Assembly (NCBI GenBank): GCA_018970785.1
Contig: JAGWVR010000002.1
Span: 1 to 64,000, forward strand
Source: Planctomycetota bacterium
GTDB lineage: Bacteria > Planctomycetota > Planctomycetia > Pirellulales > UBA1268
Length of the DNA: 64,000 bases
Direction of reading: 5' to 3'
Below, one piece after another: positions 32,695 through 41,235 of this stretch. The notes under the pieces were generated by a model. That model was not told the origin of the DNA. It made no database searches and saw only the letters and a program-made list of their open reading frames with translations. Both the position numbers and the translations under genes were made by a program. Every line of letters starts with the position of its first letter. Positions within the stretch are counted from its first letter, which is position 1.

Positions 32695-33987
32695 ATGAAG
32701 CGGATCGTCGACGCAGCGCTCGGTGGCGCGGTGCCCGGCCGGCAGGTGCGCCGCCGCGGGTTTCTCGGGGCGACGGCCGCAGCCGCGGCCGCCCCCTACG
32801 TGATCACCTCACGGGCCCTCGGCGACGCGACGACGCCACCGGCCAGCGACCGGATCGTGATCGGGGGGATCGGGATCGGCAACATGGGCTCGGGTGACCA
32901 GGGGGCGTTCCTCGGTCGCCCCGACGTCCAGTACGTCGCCGTCTGCGACGTGCGCAAGACGTTCCGCGAGAAGGGGAAGGAGCGCGTCGACCAGCGCTAC
33001 GGCACCCCCGACTGTGCCGCCTACGTCGACTTCCGCGACCTGCTCGCCCGCGACGACATCGACGCGGTGCACATCGCCACCCCCGACCACTGGCACGCGA
33101 TCATGACGATCGCCGCCTGCCGCGCCGGCAAGGACGTCTACCTCCAGAAACCGGAGACGCTCACCCTCCGCGAGGGGCCACTGATGATCGCGGCGGCGCG
33201 GCGCTACGGCCGGGTCGTCTCGGGGGGCAGCCAGCGCGTGTTCGACGACTACCACGACATCGTCGATCCGTGCTGGGCCGGCGAGATCGGCGCGATCCGG
33301 TCGCTCGACATCTCCGTCGGCGGCCCGTCGCAGGCCTGCTATCTCCCCGCGCAGGACACCCCGCCCGACATCGACTGGGACCTGTGGCTCGGGCCCGCCC
33401 CCTGGGAGCCCTACCATCCCGGCCGCTGCGACGGCAATTTCGGGACCGGCGGCAACAGCTGGCGGAGCTACGTCGACTACTCCGGCGGCAGCCTCACCGA
33501 CTGGGGAGCCCACCACTTCGGCGGCGCGATCTTCGCTGCCGACCTCCGCGAACTGCAGCCCGAGAAGGTCACCTACCACCCGCGCTCGGCCGACGGCCGC
33601 GACGCGGCCTACGTGTCGCTCACTTATCCCAATGGCGTCGAGATCCACCACAACCGCCCGCAAGCCCTTCGGCCGCAGGCCAGCGTCGCCCACGGCGGTG
33701 CGATCCAGATCGTCGGCGACGGCACGCCCCGGGCTCCCAAGGCGGTGCCCGGTTACCGTGGCCAGGGGGGGATCTACGGCGACTTCATCGAGTGTGTGAA
33801 GACGCGTCAGCGCCCGTTCCGCGACATCGAACTGGCCGTCAACACGATGACCGCGCCGCACCTGGTGGCGATCGCCTACCGCCTCGAACGGTCGCTGGTC
33901 TGGGATCGCGCCGCGCAGCGCTTCCGTGACGACGCCGGGGCCGACCGGCTCGTCGACCGGGCGCGGCGCGAGCCGTGGATCGTCTGA
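32695..33987 (+). CDS. Gfo/Idh/MocA-family NAD(P)-dependent oxidoreductase with Tat signal, 430 aa
   Basis: Twin-arginine motif RRRGFLGATAAAAAAP. Rossmann region IVIGGIGIGNMGSG, then DAVHIATPDHWHA and EKP motif LQKPETL, typical of the Gfo/Idh/MocA family. Confidence 0.8.
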   Translation: MKRIVDAALGGAVPGRQVRRRGFLGATAAAAAAPYVITSRALGDATTPPASDRIVIGGIGIGNMGSGDQGAFLGRPDVQYVAVCDVRKTFREKGKERVDQRYGTPDCAAYVDFRDLLARDDIDAVHIATPDHWHAIMTIAACRAGKDVYLQKPETLTLREGPLMIAAARRYGRVVSGGSQRVFDDYHDIVDPCWAGEIGAIRSLDISVGGPSQACYLPAQDTPPDIDWDLWLGPAPWEPYHPGRCDGNFGTGGNSWRSYVDYSGGSLTDWGAHHFGGAIFAADLRELQPEKVTYHPRSADGRDAAYVSLTYPNGVEIHHNRPQALRPQASVAHGGAIQIVGDGTPRAPKAVPGYRGQGGIYGDFIECVKTRQRPFRDIELAVNTMTAPHLVAIAYRLERSLVWDRAAQRFRDDAGADRLVDRARREPWIV

Positions 33988-34041
33988 GACCGTCGCCGGC
34001 CCCGTTTCCGCTCCCCGCCCGATTTCCCCGGAGGACTTCCG

Positions 34042-34773
34042 ATGGCCTTCGATTCCAGCCGTCTCGATGCGGCGCTGGCGGCGCTGACGGCATTCGACTG
34101 GGGTGCCGATCCCGGCCCCCTGGCGACGATCGACGAAGCGGTCGTCGCCGCCCACGGCGCGGAGGCGCTGCGGGCCGACCTCGAACGGCGGCTGCTCGGC
34201 GTGCTCGCCGGCACCGCGTCGCGGGCGGCCAAGGAATACGTCTGCCGGCGCCTGGCCGTGATCGGCTCGGCGGCGAGCGTGCCCGGACTGTCCAGGCTCC
34301 TCGACGATCCGGACCAGTCGCACATGGCCCGGTTCGCGCTGGAGCGGATCGATGCCCCCGAGGCCGGCGCGGCCCTCCGCGCGGCGCTGGCGACGACCAC
34401 GGGCCAGCGACGGATCGGCGTCGTCTCGTCGCTCGTCGGCCGTGGCGACGCCGGCTGCGTGCCGTTGTTGGCCGACCTGCTCGGCGCCGAACCGGCGCTG
34501 GCGATCGCCGCTGCCGAGGGGCTGGGGCGGTTGGCCTCGCCGGAGGCCGCTGCCGCGCTGGCGGCGGCGAAGCCCGGACCGGCCGACGCGGCGATCCTCG
34601 ACGCCCGCCTCGCCTGTGCCGACGCATTTCTCGCGCGCGGCGAGCGGACGCAGGCGCGCGGGATCTACGACGCGATCGCCGCCGGGGTCGGCCCGACGCC
34701 GACCAGCCACCGCGACCGGGCCCTGCGAATCGCCGCCACGCGCGGCCGGCTCGCCTGCCTCGACCGCACCTGA
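34042..34773 (+). CDS. HEAT/PBS-lyase-like repeat protein, 243 aa
   Basis: Repeated about 30-aa Ala/Leu-rich helical units (...AAKEYVCRRLAVIGSAASVPGLSRLLDD..). GGAGG RBS 8 nt upstream. Confidence 0.55.
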   Translation: MAFDSSRLDAALAALTAFDWGADPGPLATIDEAVVAAHGAEALRADLERRLLGVLAGTASRAAKEYVCRRLAVIGSAASVPGLSRLLDDPDQSHMARFALERIDAPEAGAALRAALATTTGQRRIGVVSSLVGRGDAGCVPLLADLLGAEPALAIAAAEGLGRLASPEAAAALAAAKPGPADAAILDARLACADAFLARGERTQARGIYDAIAAGVGPTPTSHRDRALRIAATRGRLACLDRT

Positions 34774-34821
34774 GTTTCACGGGCGCTTCCCGTCGTTCCC
34801 CCGCCCTCCGGAGGCATCCCG

Positions 34822-36219
34822 ATGCCGCTGCTGGTTTCGCTTCGTGGTCGGATCGCCGTCGCGACCGTCGTCGCCGGGGCCTGGGCGGCGGTCGCACCCA
34901 TGGCGGCATGGGCCGACGAGGCCTTCGATGCCGTCGCCGAACTGGTGCGCTCCACCGACCCCGATCTCCGCGCCGTCGGCCTCGAGCGCGTCCGCGACGG
35001 CCTGCGCGGCGAGGCCGCCAGCATCCGCCTCGCCGAGACGGTGCTTCCGGGCGTGGAGGCAGCGCGTCAGCCGGCGCTGCTGGCGGCGCTGGCCGACCGC
35101 GGCGACCCGGCCGCGCTGCCGGGGGTCAGGAAGCTGGCCGAAACCGCCTCCGACCCCGCGATCCGGGCCGGGGCGCTCGCCACGGTGGCGGCGCTGGCGG
35201 GGGGCGACGACGTGCCGCTGCTCGTCGGCCGGCTCGGCGCCGGTGGTCCCGAGGCCGATGCCGCGCGGCGCGGTCTGCTTCTCGTCGACGGGCCCGGAGC
35301 GACCGCGGCACTGTTGGCCACAGCCCGCGGAGCGCCGCGCGACGCGCGGCTGGCATTGATCGAGATCCTCGCCGCCCGGCGGGTGACGGCGGCCGCGTCC
35401 GATCTGGCCGGCGACGCCTCCGGCGACGACGAGGCGCTGCGCGGTGCGGCGCTGCGCGCCCTGGGCCAGCTCGGCACGGCGGCGGAGGTCCCGACGATGG
35501 TCCGGGGCATGCTCCGGAGCACGGCCGGGCAGCAGCGCGACGAGGCGGAGCGGGCGCTGGTCGCGGTGTGCACGGCCGGCCGCGACCGGCAGCGGGCCGC
35601 GGAGGCGTTCCTCGGCCAGTTCGCCGGCGCCGCGCCCGACGCCCGGCGGCAGCTGGTGGGAGTCCTCGGCCGCATCGGTGGTCCGGAGGCCCGGGGCGTC
35701 GTCGATCGCCTGCTCGCCGACCCGGCGCAGCGGGCGGTCGGACTGGAAGCGCTGTCGCGCTGGCCCGATGCCACCGTCAAGGACCGGCTCCTCGAGCTGC
35801 TCGCGGCCACCGGCGACGAGAAGGAGCGCGACGTTCTCCTCGGCACGCTGATCCGCATCGCACCGCTGCCCAACAACACCCTCGACGACAAACAGAAGCT
35901 CGAGTTGCTGCGGCGGACGATGGACCTCTGCCGGCGCGACGAGGACCGGCGCCGCGTGCTGGAGCGAGCCAACGCGATCCGCACCGTCGACACCCTGCGA
36001 TTCGTGGTGCCCTATCTCGACCAGCCCGCGCTCGCCGAATCCGCCTGCCTGAGCGTGGTCGAGCTGGCCCACCACCAGCAGCTGCGCGACGGCAACAAGG
36101 AGGAGTTCACCAAGGCCCTCGACCGGGTGATCGCGACGACCAACAACGCCGAGTTCGTCGAGCGCTGTAACCGCTACAAGGAAGGGCGCACCTGGAACCG
36201 CAAGGCTCCCGGCGGCTGA
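34822..36219 (+). CDS. Secreted HEAT-repeat protein, 465 aa
   Basis: Signal peptide. Repeated helical units (DPDLRAVGLERV.., DPAIRAGALATV.., RGAALRALGQLG..). GGAGG RBS 8 nt upstream. Confidence 0.55.
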   Translation: MPLLVSLRGRIAVATVVAGAWAAVAPMAAWADEAFDAVAELVRSTDPDLRAVGLERVRDGLRGEAASIRLAETVLPGVEAARQPALLAALADRGDPAALPGVRKLAETASDPAIRAGALATVAALAGGDDVPLLVGRLGAGGPEADAARRGLLLVDGPGATAALLATARGAPRDARLALIEILAARRVTAAASDLAGDASGDDEALRGAALRALGQLGTAAEVPTMVRGMLRSTAGQQRDEAERALVAVCTAGRDRQRAAEAFLGQFAGAAPDARRQLVGVLGRIGGPEARGVVDRLLADPAQRAVGLEALSRWPDATVKDRLLELLAATGDEKERDVLLGTLIRIAPLPNNTLDDKQKLELLRRTMDLCRRDEDRRRVLERANAIRTVDTLRFVVPYLDQPALAESACLSVVELAHHQQLRDGNKEEFTKALDRVIATTNNAEFVERCNRYKEGRTWNRKAPGG

Positions 36220-36262
36220 GCGCGGTCGCCGGAAGGCGGCGTGCCCCCGCGCCTGCCGACGG

Positions 36263-37672
36263 TCAGCCCTGTGGCCCAGCCGGCGGCCGCCGGAACGACG
36301 CCCCGTCGAGGCCGTGAGCCTTCAAGAGTCGGTACAGCGTGCCGCGCGGTAGCCGGGCCTCGCGTGCCGCGGCGGCGACGTCGCCGACGTGGCGCGACAG
36401 CAAATCGACGAGGAACTGCCGCTCGAACCGGGCGACGTGCTCGGCACGTTGGGCGAAGAATCCCGTCGTTCCCTCCGGCTCGGCACCGCGACCGGCCGCG
36501 GCGACGAGCTCGTCGGGGAGGTCGTCGACGCCGGCCAGTGGCCCCGTCGCCATCGCCACGGCGCGACGGATGACGTTGGAGAGCTCACGGACGTTGCCCG
36601 GCCAGGAGTAGCTCCGGAGCACCTGGTAGGCGTCAGCCGACAGCCCCGGCGCCGGCCGCCCCGCCTCGTGGGCGGCACGGCTGGCGAAGGCCTCGGCCAA
36701 GAGGCCGATATCGTCGCCGCGCGCCCGGAGCGGCGGCAGGTCGACGCGGACGACGTTGATCCGGAAGAAGAGGTCGCGGCGGAACTGGCCACGCTCGACC
36801 ATCGCGTCGAGCGGCCGTGACGTCGCCGCGACCACGCGGACGTCGACCGCGGTCTCCTGCCGCGCGCCGACCCGGCGGACGCGTCGTTCCTGGAGCACGC
36901 GGAGCAGCTTGGCCTGGAGCGCCGGCGGCAGCTCCCCGACCTCGTCGAGGAGCAGCGTGCCGCCGTCGGCGCACTCCACCAGTCCGATCCGCCGCGCGTC
37001 GGCGCCGGTGAACGCGCCGCGCTCGTGGCCGAACAACTCGCTCTCGAGGAGCGTGTCGGGGATCGCCCCGCAGTCGACCGGCACGAACGGACCGGCCGCC
37101 CGGCGGCTGCGTCTGTGGATCGCGCGGGCCACCAGTTCCTTGCCGGTGCCGGTCTCGCCGCTGACGAGGACGTCGATCGAACTGGCGGCGACGCGCTCGA
37201 TGAGATCGTACACCTGCCGCATCGGCGTGCTTTCACCGATGAACTCCTCGAACGAATAGGGGCGCTCGACCGCACGGCGCAGCGCAATGCCCGTCGCCTG
37301 GCGGCGCGCCGCCTCCCGGAGGCGCCCCAGCGCCCCCTCGAGCTCGGCATCGACACGGGCCAATTCGAGATAATCGGTGGCCCCCGCCTGGAGACACTTC
37401 CGCGCCGTCGCCACCGCCGGCTCGGAATCGATGACCACCACCGGGAGTTCGGGGTCGGCCACGCGCACGCTCTCCAGCAACCGCGCCGCGGGCAGGGCGT
37501 CGCGGGCGGTGACGACCGCGAGATCCCACGAATCGCGCGCCACCGTCTCCAGCGCGGCGTCGACGTTCGTCTCGATCCGCAGCTCGAGGGGCTGGAGCCG
37601 GGCGACCAGACGGGCGTAGGGGAGCGCCGCCGGCCCCGCTGCGTCGATGACGATGATCCGCGGCTGGCGCAT
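36263..37672 (-). CDS. Sigma-54-dependent Fis-family transcriptional activator (NtrC-like: receiver-like domain + AAA+ sigma-54 interaction domain + HTH), 469 aa
   Basis: Walker A GETGTGKE, sigma-54 contact motif GAFTGA, ESELFGHERGAFTGA, C-terminal Fis-type HTH. It is the C-terminal 469 aa of composite ORF 36263..40126; the rest of that ORF is antisense to the SEC-C gene. Confidence 0.85.
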   Translation of the reverse strand: MRQPRIIVIDAAGPAALPYARLVARLQPLELRIETNVDAALETVARDSWDLAVVTARDALPAARLLESVRVADPELPVVVIDSEPAVATARKCLQAGATDYLELARVDAELEGALGRLREAARRQATGIALRRAVERPYSFEEFIGESTPMRQVYDLIERVAASSIDVLVSGETGTGKELVARAIHRRSRRAAGPFVPVDCGAIPDTLLESELFGHERGAFTGADARRIGLVECADGGTLLLDEVGELPPALQAKLLRVLQERRVRRVGARQETAVDVRVVAATSRPLDAMVERGQFRRDLFFRINVVRVDLPPLRARGDDIGLLAEAFASRAAHEAGRPAPGLSADAYQVLRSYSWPGNVRELSNVIRRAVAMATGPLAGVDDLPDELVAAAGRGAEPEGTTGFFAQRAEHVARFERQFLVDLLSRHVGDVAAAAREARLPRGTLYRLLKAHGLDGASFRRPPAGPQG

Positions 37673-37894
37673 GGCGGGAACGGGGAGAAACCGCACCGGC
37701 CCGCCGACGTTTGCCGATGCGGCGGCGCGGAGTGCGGCCAAGTGTATCCCCTCGGCGAGCGCCGCCGCGGTCAGGCCTCGCTCCCGCTCGTCCCCCGGGA
37801 TCCCCGTGCGACGCCGGAGCGGCGCGGCACCCTCTGGTACATTCATGCCATCGTCCGGCGCGGGCCGGACGCCCGTTTCCGGAGATCCCGCCCG

Positions 37895-40072
37895 ATGCCG
37901 CTCGATCCCTACTCGCCCTGCCCCGGAGGGACGGGCAAGAAGCTCAAGTTCTGTTGTGCCGAGCTCGTCGGCGACCTCGAGCAGATCGAACGCCTCGTCG
38001 AGGGAGACCAGCTCGCGGCGGCACGCGAGCGGGTCCGTGCGCTCGATGCCGACCACCCCGGGCGGGCCTGCCTGCTGGCGGCAAGGACACGGCTCGATCT
38101 GGCGGCGCGCGACTTCGCCGGCGCCGCCGCCGCCAGCCGGGCGTTTCTCGAAGCCCATCCCGAGAATCCCGTCGCCCTCGGCTACGCCGCCGTCAGCGCC
38201 GCCATCGCCGGTGCCTCTCCCGAAGCGGCGGCGCTGTTCGATCGGGCCCGCGAGGCCGCCGGCAAGGAGCCCCCAACCGATCTCGTCCGGATCGCGGCCA
38301 CCCTCGTGCAGGCCATGGCCCAGTCCGGTCACCCCGGCTGCGCGCAGTCGATCGTCGAGTGGCTCGAGGAAACCGGCCTGGGCAGTGCCGACGACCGGCG
38401 GATGCTGGCGATGGTGGTCGGCAGCGCCGGCGTGCCGCCCGCGCTCCGCGCACGGGTGCCGCTGGCGCCGACACCCGCCGACTTCTCTTGGCGGTTCGAG
38501 TTCGACGCCGCGCTCAAGGCGGCCCACGACTGGCGGCTCGGCAAGGCGCTGACCACGTTCCGCAGCCTCCGGGGCGTGGCCGCCGACCATCCGGCCGTGT
38601 TCACCAACGTCGCCATCCTCTGCGAGGCGCTGGCCCGGCCCTACGAGGCCGCCGAGGCCTGGCTGACGGTCGCCAAGCTTCCGGGTGGCGACGGCGACGC
38701 GGCCGTCGAGGCGACCGGCCGGGCGATCGCATTGGAGACCGAGGCCAATCCGGAGCGGTCGCCGACGATCCGACTGGAGCGTTGGGCCGCCGAACTGCCG
38801 CGCGAAGGGTGCCCCGACCTCGACCTCCTCGAGGACCGGATCCGTCACGACGGCCACTGCGAGCCGGCGGCCGTCGATCGCACGGAGTGGGTCTCGCGCG
38901 GTGCGGCACCACCCCGGTCGGTGTGGCGCGTGTTCGACGCGGCGGCGGCCGGCACGCCGTCGCGGCTCCTGGGGACGCTGATGATCTTCGGGCGGCAGAC
39001 CGACCGCGAGGCCGAGGCCGTTCTCCAGGGATTCGCCCCCGACCTCGCCGCCGCCGCGCCCGCGGTCCAGGCACTGCTCGGCTGCACGTTCACGCCGCGC
39101 AACCCCGAAGGCGTTTCCCTGCCGGTGGTCAGCCCGACGACGTGGCTGGTCGCCGCGCAGTACCGGGTCGTGCCCCCGGCGACGCCGCCGGCCGCACCGG
39201 CGCCCGGCGCGCCGACGGTGTTCGAGACGCTGGTCGCCGAGCAGCGCGAGGCGGCGTGGAACCGACTGGTCAGCCTCTGGCCCGACACCCCCCTCCCCGA
39301 ACTGCTCGGCCGCACCCCGCGCGAAGCGCTGGCCGATACCGAGGGGCGGCGGCGGGTGGAAGCCCTGGTCAGCGAAGGCGAGGCGACGGCGCGGCGCGGC
39401 GACGCTGCCGGTGCCTGGAGCCGGATCCGCGCGGTGCTCGGCCTGCCCGTGCCCTCCGAGATCACCGCCGACGGGTCGTTCGTCGACGTGCCGCCGGCCC
39501 GTTGGCACCGGCTGCGCCTCGCCGACATGCCGCTCGACGACCTGCGGGGCTTGCTGTTCACCGCCGCCGACGCCGGCTTCGAGCAGGCCACCGAGCGGGC
39601 CGCGACGGCGCTCGCCGCCCGCCCCGACGCGGCTCCCGAGGACCGCTGGGAGGCCCTCAGCATCCTCGAGGAGCGCACGCCGTCGACCGTCGGCCGCCTG
39701 GAACTCCTCGGTGAGCTGCGCGCCATCGCCCGCCAGTTGTCGATGGGCGACGGGATGCTCGACGTCGCCGAGCTGCGCGTGCGGATCGAGCGCGGTGACC
39801 AGACCGAGGTCGTGCGCCTCCTCGACCACCTGCGGCGCGATCACGGCAGCGACCAGCGCGTGCTCGGGGCCCTCGCGGAGGTGCTGATGGAGGCAGGGGT
39901 CGACATCCCCGGCATGGCCGCCGGCCGGCCACCGGCCCCGGGGCGCCGCCCGGCGCCGGCGGCTCCGCCCGCCGCGGCCACGGCACCTGCCGCCGCCACC
40001 GGCATCTGGACCCCCGGCGGCGAGGCGGCCGCCGCGCCGGGAGAGAAGAAGAAAATCTGGACACCCGGGTGA
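37895..40072 (+). CDS. SEC-C-motif-containing helical protein, 725 aa
   Basis: N-terminal SEC-C-like metal-binding motif PYSPCPGGTGKKLKFCC, then TPR-like helical content. GGAG 11 nt upstream of ATG 37895; the upstream 290 residues of ORF 37025.. are antisense to the activator gene. C-terminus ...GIWTPGGEAAAAPGEKKKIWTPG. Confidence 0.55.
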   Translation: MPLDPYSPCPGGTGKKLKFCCAELVGDLEQIERLVEGDQLAAARERVRALDADHPGRACLLAARTRLDLAARDFAGAAAASRAFLEAHPENPVALGYAAVSAAIAGASPEAAALFDRAREAAGKEPPTDLVRIAATLVQAMAQSGHPGCAQSIVEWLEETGLGSADDRRMLAMVVGSAGVPPALRARVPLAPTPADFSWRFEFDAALKAAHDWRLGKALTTFRSLRGVAADHPAVFTNVAILCEALARPYEAAEAWLTVAKLPGGDGDAAVEATGRAIALETEANPERSPTIRLERWAAELPREGCPDLDLLEDRIRHDGHCEPAAVDRTEWVSRGAAPPRSVWRVFDAAAAGTPSRLLGTLMIFGRQTDREAEAVLQGFAPDLAAAAPAVQALLGCTFTPRNPEGVSLPVVSPTTWLVAAQYRVVPPATPPAAPAPGAPTVFETLVAEQREAAWNRLVSLWPDTPLPELLGRTPREALADTEGRRRVEALVSEGEATARRGDAAGAWSRIRAVLGLPVPSEITADGSFVDVPPARWHRLRLADMPLDDLRGLLFTAADAGFEQATERAATALAARPDAAPEDRWEALSILEERTPSTVGRLELLGELRAIARQLSMGDGMLDVAELRVRIERGDQTEVVRLLDHLRRDHGSDQRVLGALAEVLMEAGVDIPGMAAGRPPAPGRRPAPAAPPAAATAPAAATGIWTPGGEAAAAPGEKKKIWTPG

Positions 40073-41235
40073 TGGGCTTCTCGCCCTTCGACGCCGCCGC
40101 GATGCAGCGTGCCGTCGAACTGGCACGCCAGGGCCGCGGACTGGTCGAACCCAATCCGATGGTCGGCGCGGTAGTGGCGGACGCCGCCGTGCCGCGGTAC
40201 GTCGGCGAGGGGTGGCACGCCCGCTACGGCGGGCCGCATGCCGAGGTCGTGGCGCTGGCGAGGGCCGGCACGCAGGCGCGGGGCGGCACGCTGTATGTCA
40301 CGCTCGAGCCCTGCTGCCACCATGGCAAGACTCCGCCGTGCACCGACGCGATCCTCGCCGCCGGGATCCGTCGCGTCGTCGCCGCCACCGTCGACCCCCA
40401 TCCGCTCGTCGGGGGCAAGGGGCTCGCGCTGCTGGCCGCCGCCGGGGTCGCCGTCGAAACCGGCCTCTGCGAGGCGGCGGCACTGGCCCTCACGGGCCCC
40501 TACCGCACGCTCCTCCTCCGCCGCCGGCCGTGGGTGATCGCCAAGTGGGCGACAGGCGCCAGTGGCGGGCTCGCCTCGCCGCCGGGCCGGCGGTGGCTGT
40601 CGTCGGCGGGGTCGCGGGCACTCGTCCACCGACTCCGGGGTGAGGTCGACGCGATCGTCGTCGGCAGCGGGACGGCGCTGGCCGATGATCCACTGCTCAC
40701 CGCCCGCCCCGCGGGGCCACGGACGCCGCTGCGCGTCGTCCTCGACGGCCGCGGACGGCTTTCCATCACCTCACGGCTGGTGGCCACCGTGGCCGAGGCG
40801 CCGGTGCTGGTGGCGACCTCGGCCGCGGCCGATCCGGCCTGGGTCGCAGCCCTCCGCGCCGCCGGCGCCGATGTCTGGGTGGGGACGACCTCGTCGCCAG
40901 GCGCACGACTGGCCGAAGTCCTCGCCGAACTGGGACGCCGGCGTTGCACCAACGTCCTGATGGAAGGGGGCGCGCAGCTGCTCCACGAGGCCTTCGAGGC
41001 CGGTCTCGTCGACGAGGCCTGGGTGTTCGTCACCGACGCTCCCGCCGCCGACCCGGCGGCCGCGATCCACGATGTCGCCGGTCTCGAGATCGAATCGGTG
41101 GAGATGATCGAAGGCGACATCCTTCTCCGCGCCTCCTGCCCGAGGCCGTTTCCGGCGGGACCATGGGTCGGAAGCGATGGAAGCGACGTCACCTGCGATC
41201 GGTCGGCCCGTGAGCCTCACAGCCCCGAGGGCTGA
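40069..41235 (+). CDS. ribD: Bifunctional riboflavin biosynthesis protein: diaminohydroxyphosphoribosylaminopyrimidine deaminase / 5-amino-6-(5-phosphoribosylamino)uracil reductase
   Basis: Deaminase zinc motifs HAEVVAL and TLYVTLEPCCHHGKTPPC, C-terminal reductase domain. The start is GTG 40069 or ATG 40072, overlapping the upstream stop (TGATG). Confidence 0.85.
   Translation: MMGFSPFDAAAMQRAVELARQGRGLVEPNPMVGAVVADAAVPRYVGEGWHARYGGPHAEVVALARAGTQARGGTLYVTLEPCCHHGKTPPCTDAILAAGIRRVVAATVDPHPLVGGKGLALLAAAGVAVETGLCEAAALALTGPYRTLLLRRRPWVIAKWATGASGGLASPPGRRWLSSAGSRALVHRLRGEVDAIVVGSGTALADDPLLTARPAGPRTPLRVVLDGRGRLSITSRLVATVAEAPVLVATSAAADPAWVAALRAAGADVWVGTTSSPGARLAEVLAELGRRRCTNVLMEGGAQLLHEAFEAGLVDEAWVFVTDAPAADPAAAIHDVAGLEIESVEMIEGDILLRASCPRPFPAGPWVGSDGSDVTCDRSAREPHSPEG

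Noticed and set aside
37821-37848. Sigma-54-promoter-like string GGCAC...TGGTAC-attca-TGC in the activator/SEC-C divergent region
   Set aside because: The GG-to-GC spacing is 9 nt, not the required 10, and the TTGC -12 core is absent.
37673-40126. N-terminal 818 residues of the 1287-aa ORF 36263..40126
   Set aside because: This is antisense to the SEC-C-motif gene. The real gene is the C-terminal 469-aa sigma-54 activator starting at ATG 37672.
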